Assembly (NCBI RefSeq): GCF_001647085.1
Contig: NZ_CP015520.1
Location: 1,228,219 to 1,260,218 of the forward strand
Direction: 5' to 3'
DNA from: Thermococcus piezophilus
GTDB taxonomy: Archaea; Methanobacteriota_B; Thermococci; Thermococcales; Thermococcaceae
DNA: 32,000 nt
Shown: positions 14,677-24,600 of the stretch, piece by piece
Position numbering within the stretch: the stretch's first letter is position 1
How the letters are laid out: the number at the start of each line of letters is the position of its first letter
Made by a program: the position numbers and the translations under genes
The notes under the pieces: model-generated
The model's input: only the letters and a program-made list of their open reading frames with translations
Told to the model about the DNA's origin: nothing
Database searches by the model: none

Positions 14677-17028
14677 TCACTCGAAGAGCCTCTTCCTGGC
14701 GGCCTCGAGCATGAGCTTCTGCTCTTCCCTGGCAACGGTCTTCCTGACGAGCTCGACGGCATCCGGGTTGGCGCTGACGCTGTCGATACCCATTCTGACG
14801 AGGAGCTTGACCATCTTCGGGTCGCTGCCGGCCTGACCGCAGATGCTGGTCTCGACGCCGTACTTCTTGCAGACCTTGATGACATTCTCGATGAGCTTGA
14901 GAACGGCCGGGTGCTTCTCGTCGTAGAGCTTGAAGACGCGCTCGTTGTCCCTATCGATGGCGAGGGTGTACTGGGTGAGGTCGTTGGTACCGAAGCTTAC
15001 GAAGTCAAGGCCCTCCTTGATGAGGTCCTCGATGATGAGGGCGCTGGCCGGGGTCTCGATCATGACGCCCCACTCGACGTCCTTGTGCGGAATGAGGCCA
15101 ACCTCCATGGCTATCTTCTTGGCCTTCCTGATCTGCTCCGGGTGGCTGACGAGCGGGAGCATGACACCGATGTTGTCGTAGCCCTCGTCAACGAGCCTCT
15201 TGATGGCCTTGAACTCGGCCTTGAGGAGCTCCGGCTGGTCGAGACCGCGTCTGATGCCTCTCCAGCCAAGCATCGGGTTCCTCTCTTCTGGCTCGTCCTC
15301 GCCACCTGGGAGCTCGCGGAACTCGTTGGTCGGGGCGTCAAGGGTCCTGTACCAGACCCTCCTCGGGTAGAAGGCCTCGACGACCTTCCTGATACCCTCG
15401 ACGAGCTTCTCGACGAGCTCCTCTTCCCTGCCCTCCTTGATGAACTTGATCGGGTGGGCACCGATGCCGAGGATCATGTGCTCGGCCCTAAGGAGGCCAA
15501 CTCCGTCCGCGCCGGTGGCGGCGGCCCTCTCTGCGACCTCAGGCATCGAGACGTTGACCTTGACCTCGGTGGCGGTGATGAGCGGAGCACCGGTGACAAC
15601 TACCTGACTGCCAGCGGCCTTCTCCTCTTCGTCCTTAACGAGGCTCTTGACTATGCCCTCGTAGACGACACCCCTGGTACCGTCGACGGTAACGAGCATG
15701 CCGTCCTTGAGGACCTTGGTAGCATCCTTGGTACCGACAACAGCTGGAATACCGAGCTCCCTGCTGACGATGGCGGCGTGACAGGTCCTACCGCCCTCGT
15801 CGGTGACGATAGCGCTGGCCCTCTTCATGGCCGGAACCATGTCCGGGTTGGTCATGGTGGTGACGAGGACATCGCCCTCCTTGACCTTGTCTACGTCACT
15901 CGCGTCGAAGATGACGACAACCTTACCGGCACCAATACCCGGTGAGGCTCCGAGACCCTTGAGGAGAACCTTCATCTCCTCAGTCATCTCGGCGTCTTCT
16001 GTCTTAACCTCTTCCTTAAGGGTCGTAATCGGCCTGGACTGGACAATGTAGAGCTTGCCGTCGTCCTTGTCGTAGGCCCACTCGATGTCCTGTGGCCAGC
16101 CGTAGTGCTCCTCGATCCTGGCACCGATCTTGGCGACCTCGAGTATCTGCTCGTCGGTGAGGACCTGCTTCTCGACGTACTCTGGGCCGAGGTACTCGGC
16201 AGTCTTAACGGTGACGGTTCCCTTACCGGTCTCGGGGTTCCTGACGATCATTATCTCCTTCTTGGCGATGTACTTCTCCTTGATCTTCCAGGTGCCTTTC
16301 TCGACTATGTACTCGTCCGGAGAAACGGCACCGCTGACGACGGCCTCACCGAGGCCCCAGGCAGCGTTGATCATTATCTCACTCCTATCGTTGGTGACCG
16401 GGTTGGCGGTGAACATAACACCGCTGGTCTCGCTGTTGACCATCTTCTGGACGACAGCGCTGAGGTAAACCTTACTGTGGTCGAAGCCCTGTTTGGCCCT
16501 GTAGAAGGTGGCCCTAGCTGTCCAGAGGCTGGCCCAGCAACGCTTGACCTTCTCGAGAACGTCGTCCTCGCCGTGGACGTCGAGGTAGGTCTCCTGCTGG
16601 CCGGCGAAGGAAGCCTCCGGGAGGTCCTCAGCGGTGGCAGAAGAGCGGACGGCAACATAAACGGCGTCCTTGTTGAAGCGCTGGCTGAGCTTCTTGTAAG
16701 CGTCGACAATTTCTTTGGCTATATCCTCTGGCATCTCCATGGAGATTATCTTCTCTCTTATCTTGGCGGTATTCTCCTGGAGCTGCTTGCTGTCATCAAC
16801 GTTAGTCTGGGCGATTATGTCCATAATCCACTCCTGAAGGGTTCTACCGTCCTCAACGCGGATGTTCTCAACGAAGTACTTGTAGGCCTTAGCAGTAACA
16901 CAAAATCCAGGTGGAACCGGAATACCAGCGTTGTTAAGTTCACCAAGGTTTGCACCCTTTCCACCAACAAGGGCAACATCCTTCTTTCCGAGCTCTTCAA
17001 ACCATTTTATAAACTTGTATTCGCTCAT
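14677..17028 (-). CDS. ppsA: Phosphoenolpyruvate synthase (pyruvate, water dikinase)
   Basis: This is ORF 14677..17043. ATG 17028 is preceded by GGAGGGGAT. The N-terminus is MSEYKFIKWFEELGKKDVALVGGKGANLGE. It has the phospho-His swivel motif GGRTCHAAIVSRELGIPAVVG, and the PEP-utilising C-terminal motifs SFGTNDLTQY and SICGQ. Confidence 0.96.
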   Translation of the reverse strand: MSEYKFIKWFEELGKKDVALVGGKGANLGELNNAGIPVPPGFCVTAKAYKYFVENIRVEDGRTLQEWIMDIIAQTNVDDSKQLQENTAKIREKIISMEMPEDIAKEIVDAYKKLSQRFNKDAVYVAVRSSATAEDLPEASFAGQQETYLDVHGEDDVLEKVKRCWASLWTARATFYRAKQGFDHSKVYLSAVVQKMVNSETSGVMFTANPVTNDRSEIMINAAWGLGEAVVSGAVSPDEYIVEKGTWKIKEKYIAKKEIMIVRNPETGKGTVTVKTAEYLGPEYVEKQVLTDEQILEVAKIGARIEEHYGWPQDIEWAYDKDDGKLYIVQSRPITTLKEEVKTEDAEMTEEMKVLLKGLGASPGIGAGKVVVIFDASDVDKVKEGDVLVTTMTNPDMVPAMKRASAIVTDEGGRTCHAAIVSRELGIPAVVGTKDATKVLKDGMLVTVDGTRGVVYEGIVKSLVKDEEEKAAGSQVVVTGAPLITATEVKVNVSMPEVAERAAATGADGVGLLRAEHMILGIGAHPIKFIKEGREEELVEKLVEGIRKVVEAFYPRRVWYRTLDAPTNEFRELPGGEDEPEERNPMLGWRGIRRGLDQPELLKAEFKAIKRLVDEGYDNIGVMLPLVSHPEQIRKAKKIAMEVGLIPHKDVEWGVMIETPASALIIEDLIKEGLDFVSFGTNDLTQYTLAIDRDNERVFKLYDEKHPAVLKLIENVIKVCKKYGVETSICGQAGSDPKMVKLLVRMGIDSVSANPDAVELVRKTVAREEQKLMLEAARKRLFE

Positions 17029-17177
17029 CCAAATCCCCTCCAAAGTGGTTTACCGCAATTGCTTATTGCGAGTGATATATAGAGAGTTTATATTTAAAAT
17101 TAACTATCCAAGGATGTTCGCTGGAGTACAGGAATGAAAAGAGGGGGGAATGTGTCCATTTAAGTTGTAAGGCTGAC

Positions 17178-18572
17178 CTAATTCTCCCTCCTGGCGTATA
17201 TTTTGAACTTTCCTTCGTAGAACTTTTTGATTAGTAAGTAGTTTCCGCTCTCTTCGATGTTTAGGTAAGTTTTAGGTTCTTTGTATATTATTAGGTCATA
17301 GTAACCTCTTGCTATCTTTTCTCTCGTTTTGTTGCTGTACAGGATCATTTCTACACTTGCATCAGGGTAGTAGAAACCTGCCATCGTGTACAGGTACGGT
17401 GAAACTAAAAGTTTCTCAGCTTGATAATGGTCTGCAGCGTAGTTTAAAATATCTGAATCGTACTTTCCAACGACGTTCCAGGTATCCTTTAAGTCGTACG
17501 CTCTCCTGCTTATTGGCATGAGAAACAGCAATGCAAGGGCTAATATCAGCACAGTCCGGTACCTACCTAAGGTCTTTGGTCTAAAGTGTTCGACTGCATC
17601 GATGAGTATCATTACACCCTCCTCGGTGAGTATTGCCATGGCCGGTGCAAGAAATGTTATGAAACGCGTCTCCTTATGGGTAACTGTGAGTATACCCATC
17701 AACCCCATGAAGAACCAGCTTATGATGAGCCATCCCTCGTCATTCTTCTTCAGTCTGACGAAGCCAAGTGTCGTGAGCGCCGGCAGGAGATAGCCGAGGT
17801 CTTTGAGGAGCATATTGATGTAGTCCAAAACAGAGATGGGTCTGTCCAGCGTAACGACGCGCGAGGCTACACTGAAGGGTCTGAAAATTCCCCCGTAGTA
17901 GATGTGTCCCATGTAAAGCCAGGGGGCGAGTGTGAACGCCAATAATATCAACCCAATCCAGTACTCCCTTTTCTTGACCCATTTCCAGTGGTCTGTGAGG
18001 TAGAGATACACTAAAAAGACCACCACGATGGAGAGGCCGGTGTATCGGGTGAGGATCGCTAGACCTGCAGCTATGAATGAAATGTATATTCTCAGTACGT
18101 TTCTTTTTTTTCGTCCGGTGTAGAGCAAGTAGACGGCAAGGGTATAAAAGAACGTGAATTCGCTGTGAACCAGTTCACGCGTAGCCATCGTGAATGCTAG
18201 GGGATTGCTGATGAAAAATAGACTTGCAATTATGCTCCTCCTCTCGTCCCCGAATATGTCTCTTGCGAGTAGGTAAACGAGAACTGCAGTGAACGAGAAG
18301 AAGAATGCCGAAACGAGCCTCGCAACGAGGAGATGGTACTCCTCGGGAACGAAGTGGTAGAAAAGCGAAAGGGTGTATGGATATAGTGGGGGTCTATACA
18401 TCATGTAAACTTCCTGATATGTGAAGCTAGTTATGTCATTGGCCAGATTTCGGGCTATATCTAGGTAGAGCGCCCCGTCGTAGGTGAGCGTGTTCCAGGG
18501 GGGCATCGTCGCGAGGCTGACTCCCAGAGCTAGGATAAATGGAATCAACGGCATCACGCGCTCTTTCTCCAT
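17178..18572 (-). CDS. GT-C fold glycosyltransferase of the ArnT/PMT_2 type (COG1807-like)
   Basis: 464-aa polytopic membrane protein with a GGAGGTGG RBS before ATG 18572. The first-loop signature TYDGALYLDIARNL...YRPPLYPY matches the D-x-x-Y...A...(K/R)PPL motif of the ArnT/PMT_2 families. A C-terminal domain of about 110 aa is soluble. It is the last gene of a four-gene operon and overlaps the upstream gene by 19 nt. Confidence 0.8.
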   Translation of the reverse strand: MEKERVMPLIPFILALGVSLATMPPWNTLTYDGALYLDIARNLANDITSFTYQEVYMMYRPPLYPYTLSLFYHFVPEEYHLLVARLVSAFFFSFTAVLVYLLARDIFGDERRSIIASLFFISNPLAFTMATRELVHSEFTFFYTLAVYLLYTGRKKRNVLRIYISFIAAGLAILTRYTGLSIVVVFLVYLYLTDHWKWVKKREYWIGLILLAFTLAPWLYMGHIYYGGIFRPFSVASRVVTLDRPISVLDYINMLLKDLGYLLPALTTLGFVRLKKNDEGWLIISWFFMGLMGILTVTHKETRFITFLAPAMAILTEEGVMILIDAVEHFRPKTLGRYRTVLILALALLFLMPISRRAYDLKDTWNVVGKYDSDILNYAADHYQAEKLLVSPYLYTMAGFYYPDASVEMILYSNKTREKIARGYYDLIIYKEPKTYLNIEESGNYLLIKKFYEGKFKIYARREN

Positions 18573-19675
18573 CTTTCCACCTCCACCGCAAGGTATGCAA
18601 AAAATGCCATTGCAGACAGGAAAAACGTATCAAGCCCTATGGGCACTGCAAGAGTCATGAAAGTTACCGCGAGAACCTCCGTTGTTCTCCTTCTCTCCGA
18701 ATCTGCAAGTGCTATACCGAGGAAGACTGCTTCTACCAGTCCAAGAATCCCGAAATCATAAGCGGGTTGACCGAAGAGGGTGTAGGTGTACCCCACATCC
18801 CTTCTGAAAAGCGCCCCGACGTAGCCCTTCGGGTTGACTGAGAAAATTATTGCTTGCTTTCCCCAGGGCATCCCGAGCTCAAAGAGCCTCTCGTAGACTG
18901 TGTAGGTAACGCCAGGACGATATAGAAGGGTCTCAGAGAAACCAAGCTTCCATTCGGGATACGTCTGGAGAGTAGTGTAATACCTGATAATGAAGACAGC
19001 AAAGACGCTGGAAAACACGACCGCTAGAATAGCGTAGCTCCTCCAGTTCCTTTTATCCCATCTGAGTTTTCCTGTCTGGACCAGCTTCAGAAAGTATGCC
19101 AGTGCAACCGCTATCCCCACTGTTCTGAAGGTTGAAACGATGGCTATCGCTTCACCAATGAGGAACACTTTAAAATCTGGCTTTATCGCTAGTATGGCCA
19201 CTGTAAAGTATCCTGCCGTCAGATAAAGAAGTCTGAGCGATGAATAACGTGTTTCAGGCTGGAGGAGAGGGATTACACCAAAGACAAGGGGTACAATGGC
19301 CAGTATTACCACCGCTGCTATCAGGATAATGCGGAGTTTCCATCTGGCATTTTCTGAGTTATCCTCGACCTTATGCCTTTCGAAGTAGATAATCACGTGA
19401 GTTGTGACGATTATGGCCAGTGCGACAAGTAACCCCCACCAGCCCAGACACGAGGGCATAAGGAGCAATACTGCTAGGTACATTGCCGATTTGTACCGGT
19501 GTTGGATTCTCTCGCTTGCGCTATATGCAAAGGCAAGAACTCCGAGAAATGCCAGGGCATAGAGCAGGGAATCCCACTCGAGCTTAGGGAGAAGTTTAGG
19601 ATAGGCAAGCTTTGCAACTAGGGCGAGGAGAATGTAAGCAACCGCGGAAATCCAGAATATCACGTTGAGCCTCAT
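18554..19675 (-). CDS. Polytopic membrane protein, Wzy-like (oligosaccharide repeat-unit polymerase-like), paralogue 1
   Basis: 373 aa with about 10 hydrophobic segments. The C-terminal motif is GYTYTLFGQPAYDFGILGLVEAVFLGIAL. Its start ATG overlaps the upstream stop (ATGA at 19672-19675). The functional call is by resemblance to Wzy/TIGR04370-type proteins from memory. Confidence 0.7.
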   Translation of the reverse strand: MRLNVIFWISAVAYILLALVAKLAYPKLLPKLEWDSLLYALAFLGVLAFAYSASERIQHRYKSAMYLAVLLLMPSCLGWWGLLVALAIIVTTHVIIYFERHKVEDNSENARWKLRIILIAAVVILAIVPLVFGVIPLLQPETRYSSLRLLYLTAGYFTVAILAIKPDFKVFLIGEAIAIVSTFRTVGIAVALAYFLKLVQTGKLRWDKRNWRSYAILAVVFSSVFAVFIIRYYTTLQTYPEWKLGFSETLLYRPGVTYTVYERLFELGMPWGKQAIIFSVNPKGYVGALFRRDVGYTYTLFGQPAYDFGILGLVEAVFLGIALADSERRRTTEVLAVTFMTLAVPIGLDTFFLSAMAFFAYLAVEVERWRKSA

Positions 19676-20676
19676 TCCGCAACCCCACTACCTTCTCTCT
19701 TTGCTGCCTTCCACCCATGTATTACTATGTATGCCCCCATCGCAAAAAGCAGATACACAGGGAGATCAAGTATCCCTGTCTCAACACCGACTATACCGTA
19801 GGCGAGGGTGGAATAGTAGAGGGCTTTCGTAACGGGATGTATGGCTTTCTGAATCAGCCCGTAGTAAAGGCCAAGCAGGAAACCCTCAAGAATTGCAAAT
19901 ACTCCGAAGTCCAAATACATCCCGCCCAAGAGGGTGGGGGTTATTGTAACGCCGTTGTGGACGTAGAGGAACTTGGCCACAAGACCCCTGGGGGAGTAGC
20001 CCCCAATAATGTATGAGGATATCCCAGTCCACTGAAGGTAGCCATGATAAAGACCTTTCCAGCCGGCGCGCCAGACTATTATGTCGAGGACAGAGGTGGA
20101 GCTCTGAACCCTTGTCAGAAGGCCTGCAGCAGTCTCTCCACGCAGGAACGTCATTCCAAGCCCAAGAACAAGGAGTCCTACAACAAGGACCGATATGTGG
20201 AGTACCTTGAGCCTTCCGCTCTCGCGCGTTTCTTCGTAGTACGCTGCACCCACTGCAAGCAGACTAACAAGAACTGGAGTCCTGTATGCGTAGAGGGTCA
20301 CTGCTATGGGGTATATCAAGGAATATTTCTTTCCCCGCAGGAACAGATAGACGCTCGAGGGAACGCCGAGGAAGTACGTCAGCGCGGTGAGCTGGGGGTT
20401 GAGGCTAGTTCTTATGGCTGGGTTAATCAGCGGGATGCTCCGAAAGTTGAGGATCTGAATGATTATTATTGCGATGGCAGCCCAGAAGGCCAAGACTATG
20501 TATTTCTCCTCGATGTCCAGCCCCACATCCTCCCACTCAACCTTCGTTCCGCGGTGGATTCCCCATAGGATCGCAATGGAAAACACCAGACCCACGGCTA
20601 CTGTCTTCGGCTGAGCTAAGCCGAGGGCTATAAAGGCCATGAAGAGTACTGGGATGAGCAGGGGTAACCCTTTCAT
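19672..20676 (-). CDS. Polytopic membrane protein, Wzy-like, paralogue 2
   Basis: 334 aa and multi-TM. The C-terminal motif GVTITPTLLGGMYLDFGVFAILEGFLLGLYYG aligns with the neighbouring paralogue. It has an ATGA overlap with the upstream gene at 20673-20676. Confidence 0.7.
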   Translation of the reverse strand: MKGLPLLIPVLFMAFIALGLAQPKTVAVGLVFSIAILWGIHRGTKVEWEDVGLDIEEKYIVLAFWAAIAIIIIQILNFRSIPLINPAIRTSLNPQLTALTYFLGVPSSVYLFLRGKKYSLIYPIAVTLYAYRTPVLVSLLAVGAAYYEETRESGRLKVLHISVLVVGLLVLGLGMTFLRGETAAGLLTRVQSSTSVLDIIVWRAGWKGLYHGYLQWTGISSYIIGGYSPRGLVAKFLYVHNGVTITPTLLGGMYLDFGVFAILEGFLLGLYYGLIQKAIHPVTKALYYSTLAYGIVGVETGILDLPVYLLFAMGAYIVIHGWKAAKREGSGVAE

Positions 20677-21338
20677 CCAGCCCTCACCTCAAGAAGCTCC
20701 AGCGGCAGGTTTCTCTCCTCCGAGTTTACGTAGAGGATGCCGTACATGTAAACCCTGCAGTCGCCAAGGTACGCCTTAAGGTATGATATGGGCACCCTGT
20801 TGGTAGTTATCATTGCACCGTTGTAGCTAATCTGGTTTATTGTTACTGAACCGTAAGTCATATAGTCTGCCTTGTACTTGAGCATGCCCAGCTCTATCGG
20901 ACTTACATTACCCTCTATATAGATTACTCCGGTGAACCTCTCGGAGTAAGCTTCGACAGTGAGGGAATTTATGATGTCATCCATTTCCCCTAACTGGGGT
21001 GGCAGTTTATAGACGTAGACCTTCCCACTGTAGTCTACCCTTATGAGCTTGGCTTTGAGGTCCTCCTTGGTGGCGCTCGGTCCCCCCACGCTGAGGACAG
21101 TTCCATTAGAAACTATGGTTATTGTCGACCCTTGAACGTTCAGTAGGGTCCCTTGTACGGTCTTTCCATTGACGGTTTCCACGGTTACCGTCACGTTGAA
21201 GCCCTTAGTGAGCAGTCCAAAGGCGTGGTTGGCGGCCTCGTATATTTCGCCGCCTTGGTAGTGCTGGATATAGTGGTTAATGGCAACGCCGAGAAGGGAT
21301 ATGACCACAACGATGGCTGAAACTTTTCTCCAGTCCAT
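20673..21338 (-). CDS. Hypothetical N-terminally membrane-anchored, beta-rich extracytoplasmic protein. First gene of the membrane operon.
   Basis: 221 aa. GGTGAGATGAT precedes ATG 21338. A single N-terminal TM (VSAIVVVISLLGVAI) is followed by Val/Thr/Gly/Asn-rich strands (FNVTVTVETVNGKTVQGTLLNVQGSTITIVSNGTVLSVGG). I recognise no family. Confidence 0.7.
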   Translation of the reverse strand: MDWRKVSAIVVVISLLGVAINHYIQHYQGGEIYEAANHAFGLLTKGFNVTVTVETVNGKTVQGTLLNVQGSTITIVSNGTVLSVGGPSATKEDLKAKLIRVDYSGKVYVYKLPPQLGEMDDIINSLTVEAYSERFTGVIYIEGNVSPIELGMLKYKADYMTYGSVTINQISYNGAMITTNRVPISYLKAYLGDCRVYMYGILYVNSEERNLPLELLEVRAG

Positions 21339-21622
21339 ATCATCTCACCACGCTGTCCCGCTAAATCTCGTGCAGTTTCGGTCAGTTTTATATGTTTTGG
21401 TGGACTTCTTGGCCCTCCCGGTCATAATATTATCAGAATTATCGGGCATAGTATCCTGTTGTAGGAGCGTCAACAGGTCTAAAAAGGTCTGCAGTGCCTA
21501 AAAGTAGCCATCATAGGTGTTATCTGATGATCTTGGGCTTTTAAGCTACTTCACAGAACGAAATCTTTATATCTGTGTGACCTTCACATTATAGATGAAC
21601 ATCAGGATTAGGAGGTGTTAGG

Positions 21623-24600
21623 ATGAACAAAAAGGCTCTGAGCCTTTTAGTCGCGGTAGTGATGTTACTCTCTGCGATCCCAGCGACAGTATCAGTGCTA
21701 GCAGTAACGACGACTTCAGTACATCAGTCTGAGAGCCCCCAGCAGATCGAGGTGGAGAAGCCCAGCAATTTCATACCTGGGGAAGTTCTTCAGAAGGAAA
21801 TCCAGAAGGTTCTGGAAAGCAGAGGTAAGACGGTGCGCCTCATAGTGGCACCGGATAGGGATCACAGGACTGAGGTTTACAACGCCCTCAAGAGCCTTGG
21901 TAAGATTGACCCCATCAGCAAACCTGAGCTGCAGTTCATAGTTGTTGAAATGCCAGTTTCCAACGTTGAAAAGCTCGCTGAAATACCCGGAATACTCCAC
22001 GTCTGGAAGGACGAGATGGTCAAGCTCGAGGAGCCCGTCGCACCTGAGGCAGGGGCAGGAGATGTTTCTCCAGATGCCAGCTTCCCCACTCACCCGGACA
22101 TGTTCATGAGCATCTTCACGATTCACGCTTACGACACATGGGTTAATTATGGTGTCCTCGGAGACAATGTCACCGTTGCCGTTCTTGACACTGGAATTGA
22201 CGTCGGCCACCCGTTCCTCCAGGTCACCCTCGATGGAAGGCCTAAGATTGTGAACATATACGACGCCAGTGACGAGGGGCTCGCGGAGATATACTACTCC
22301 ACCAACACCACGTCTAGTGGCTACATAACAGTCGATAAGAACGTCACCCTGTTCTGGGGTGTTTATGCGCAGTACTACGGCCACGATGCATATTACACGA
22401 ACTACACCATGGGAACCTATTACATCGGCAACATAACAGGTGACATGTACTATATAGGACTCCTCCCGGAGAGGTACTTTGACTTGAACTTTGATGGTGA
22501 TAAGAACGATGTTTACCCGATTCTCGTCGTTGACAACAATGGCACTTACACCGCATACATGGATATCAACATGAACAATAACTTTACTGATGATACTGGG
22601 GTTGGCCTCTATACTGAGACAGGGGAGTACTTCACCTTCAACACCAGCCTCGTTAACGTTGCGTTTGCCGAGTTCATGGCTCCAGACTACGCAATGTTCA
22701 TGTGGGACGCTCACGGTCACGGAACTCACGTCAGCGGTACCGTTGCCGGCGTTGGCCTTCCAGACGACCCGGTTTTCAGCGGTGTGTATGGAGTTGCCCC
22801 CAACGCCCAGCTCATGGAGGTCAAGGTTCTTCCGGGTGAGTTTGGATTTGGAAGGACTAGCTGGATAATCAACGGAATGATATACGCCACCCTCAACGGT
22901 GCGGACGTCATAAGCATGTCCCTAGGTGGTGGAGGCGAGATAAACGACGGTATAGAGAGCCCGGAGAACTTCTACGTTAACCTGCTAACCGACCGGTACG
23001 GTGTTACATTTGCCATAGCCGCAGGAAACGAGGGCCCGACCACCAACACCGTCCACTCACCTGGTGACAGCGACCTCGCCATAACCGTCGGCAACTACGT
23101 AGACAACGAGAGGGAGTCATTCTGGTACGGGGTTGATATGGGCATAATCTCTGGTCCAGCTATGAGCTCCAGCAGGGGACCGAGGGACGACGGTATGCTC
23201 GACCCCGACGTCATGGCTCCGGGTACCGACATATTCTCGAGCCTGCCGATGTGGTATACTATCGTTTACAACGACTCCAACAGATACTATGGAATATGGA
23301 GCGGTACCTCAATGGCCACTCCGCATGTCAGCGGTGCCGTTGCCCTAATGATTAGCTACGCCAAGCAGCACAACCTGACCTATGATCCCATAATGATAAA
23401 GCGCGCCCTCGAACTCAGCGCCAAGCCCGTCAATGGGACCCTTATAGATCAGGGCTTCGGCCTCATACAGGTGGATAAGGCCATCGAGGAGCTTGAGAAG
23501 CTCAGCCAGGAGCCGACCACCTACATCTTCGCCGGAACCACCTACACCGGCTTCAAGAACCCGATAGGCGTTCCGATGATCCCGATATCACAGGCCTATG
23601 TGGACTTCAACGGCTACTTCCAGAACGCCTTTGGCTTCCCGTACCTTTACAGGGGAGTCTACATAAGGAACGAGTATCCGGGAAGCGTTCCGATATACTT
23701 CTCACCGCTCGTCTATGAGCCAGGTTGGGGACTCCGGTACGTCTTCGAGAACAAGACCTACAGGATAAGCACCAACGTTAATTGGATCATTCCCAACACC
23801 ACAGAGGTCACGATCAACGGCGCCAGTGCTCAGAGCATAGACGACCTCATAGGACAGTTCTCAATTAACATCGACTACTCCAAGCTCCAGAAGAGTGGAA
23901 CATACGTTGGACTCGTTTACATCGACGACCCCGACACTAGCTACATCGACGGTTACATAGCTGTCACCGTCGACATTCCTGTGAACCCAAACGGTGAAAG
24001 CTATGCCAGGCTCTTCGACACCGAGAATCCTGGAGAAGCCAAGCACTACTTCGTTAAGGTTCCGCGCGCACCAAGGAGCTCCGCGTCACCCTCCGCATCG
24101 CAACCGACGCCGAGGGCAACCCGATTGGCAGAACGACCCTTTTCATCGCTAGGCCACTCGGTGAGGTCGTTGCTGCCTATGTCCCAGACTACTACTACGT
24201 CGGAGCCAACTCTGCCGGAAACGTCTACGAGTACACCTGGGTCATTCCCAACCCGATCGAGGGCACCTGGGAGATAACTGCCTACTCTAGTATATTCACC
24301 AAGTACCTCAGCGGCTACGACACTTCCCAGTACGAGATTGAGGTCAGCCTGACCTCAGTTTCCATCGAGCCTGAGCTCATACTCAAGGACGTTGCCCAGT
24401 CCTCAAACGTCACTGTCAAGGCCACCGTGAGCAACGACTACGATGACTTCAACGCCAGTGCCGTCGGCTATGGTGTTGGCAGGCTGGACGAGGCAGACGC
24501 CATGATCAGGGAAGTCAACCAGAGCGACTGGGATATTGTAGGTGCAGTGGAGGTCACCAGCTCTGACTACTACATCAAGTTCGGAATCACCCAGCCAGAA

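Noticed and set aside
14911-17082. Long plus-strand ORFs (344 aa and 325 aa, plus several 80-116 aa ORFs) opposite ppsA
   Set aside because: These are shadow ORFs, typical of GC3-rich genes. Their translations are low-complexity (Leu/Asp/Gly/Val/Pro-rich) with no recognisable motifs, whereas the minus strand encodes an unmistakable PEP synthase.
17056-17085. Thermococcales glycolytic motif (TGM, TATCAC-N5-GTGATA; Tgr site) in the ppsA promoter
   Set aside because: Only one half-site is present: GTGATA on the plus strand at about 17072-17077, which is TATCAC on the ppsA strand. The partner hexamer at N5 spacing (GCTTAT/ATAAGC) matches poorly. The nearby GCAATTGC palindrome is short and could occur by chance.
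24062-24277. Ser/Pro/Arg/Thr-rich C-terminal tail of ORF 21623..24277 as a possible disordered linker
   Set aside because: The alternative frame over the same DNA gives well-formed beta-rich protease-domain sequence that is continuous with the next ORF. The tail is therefore an out-of-frame translation artefact.
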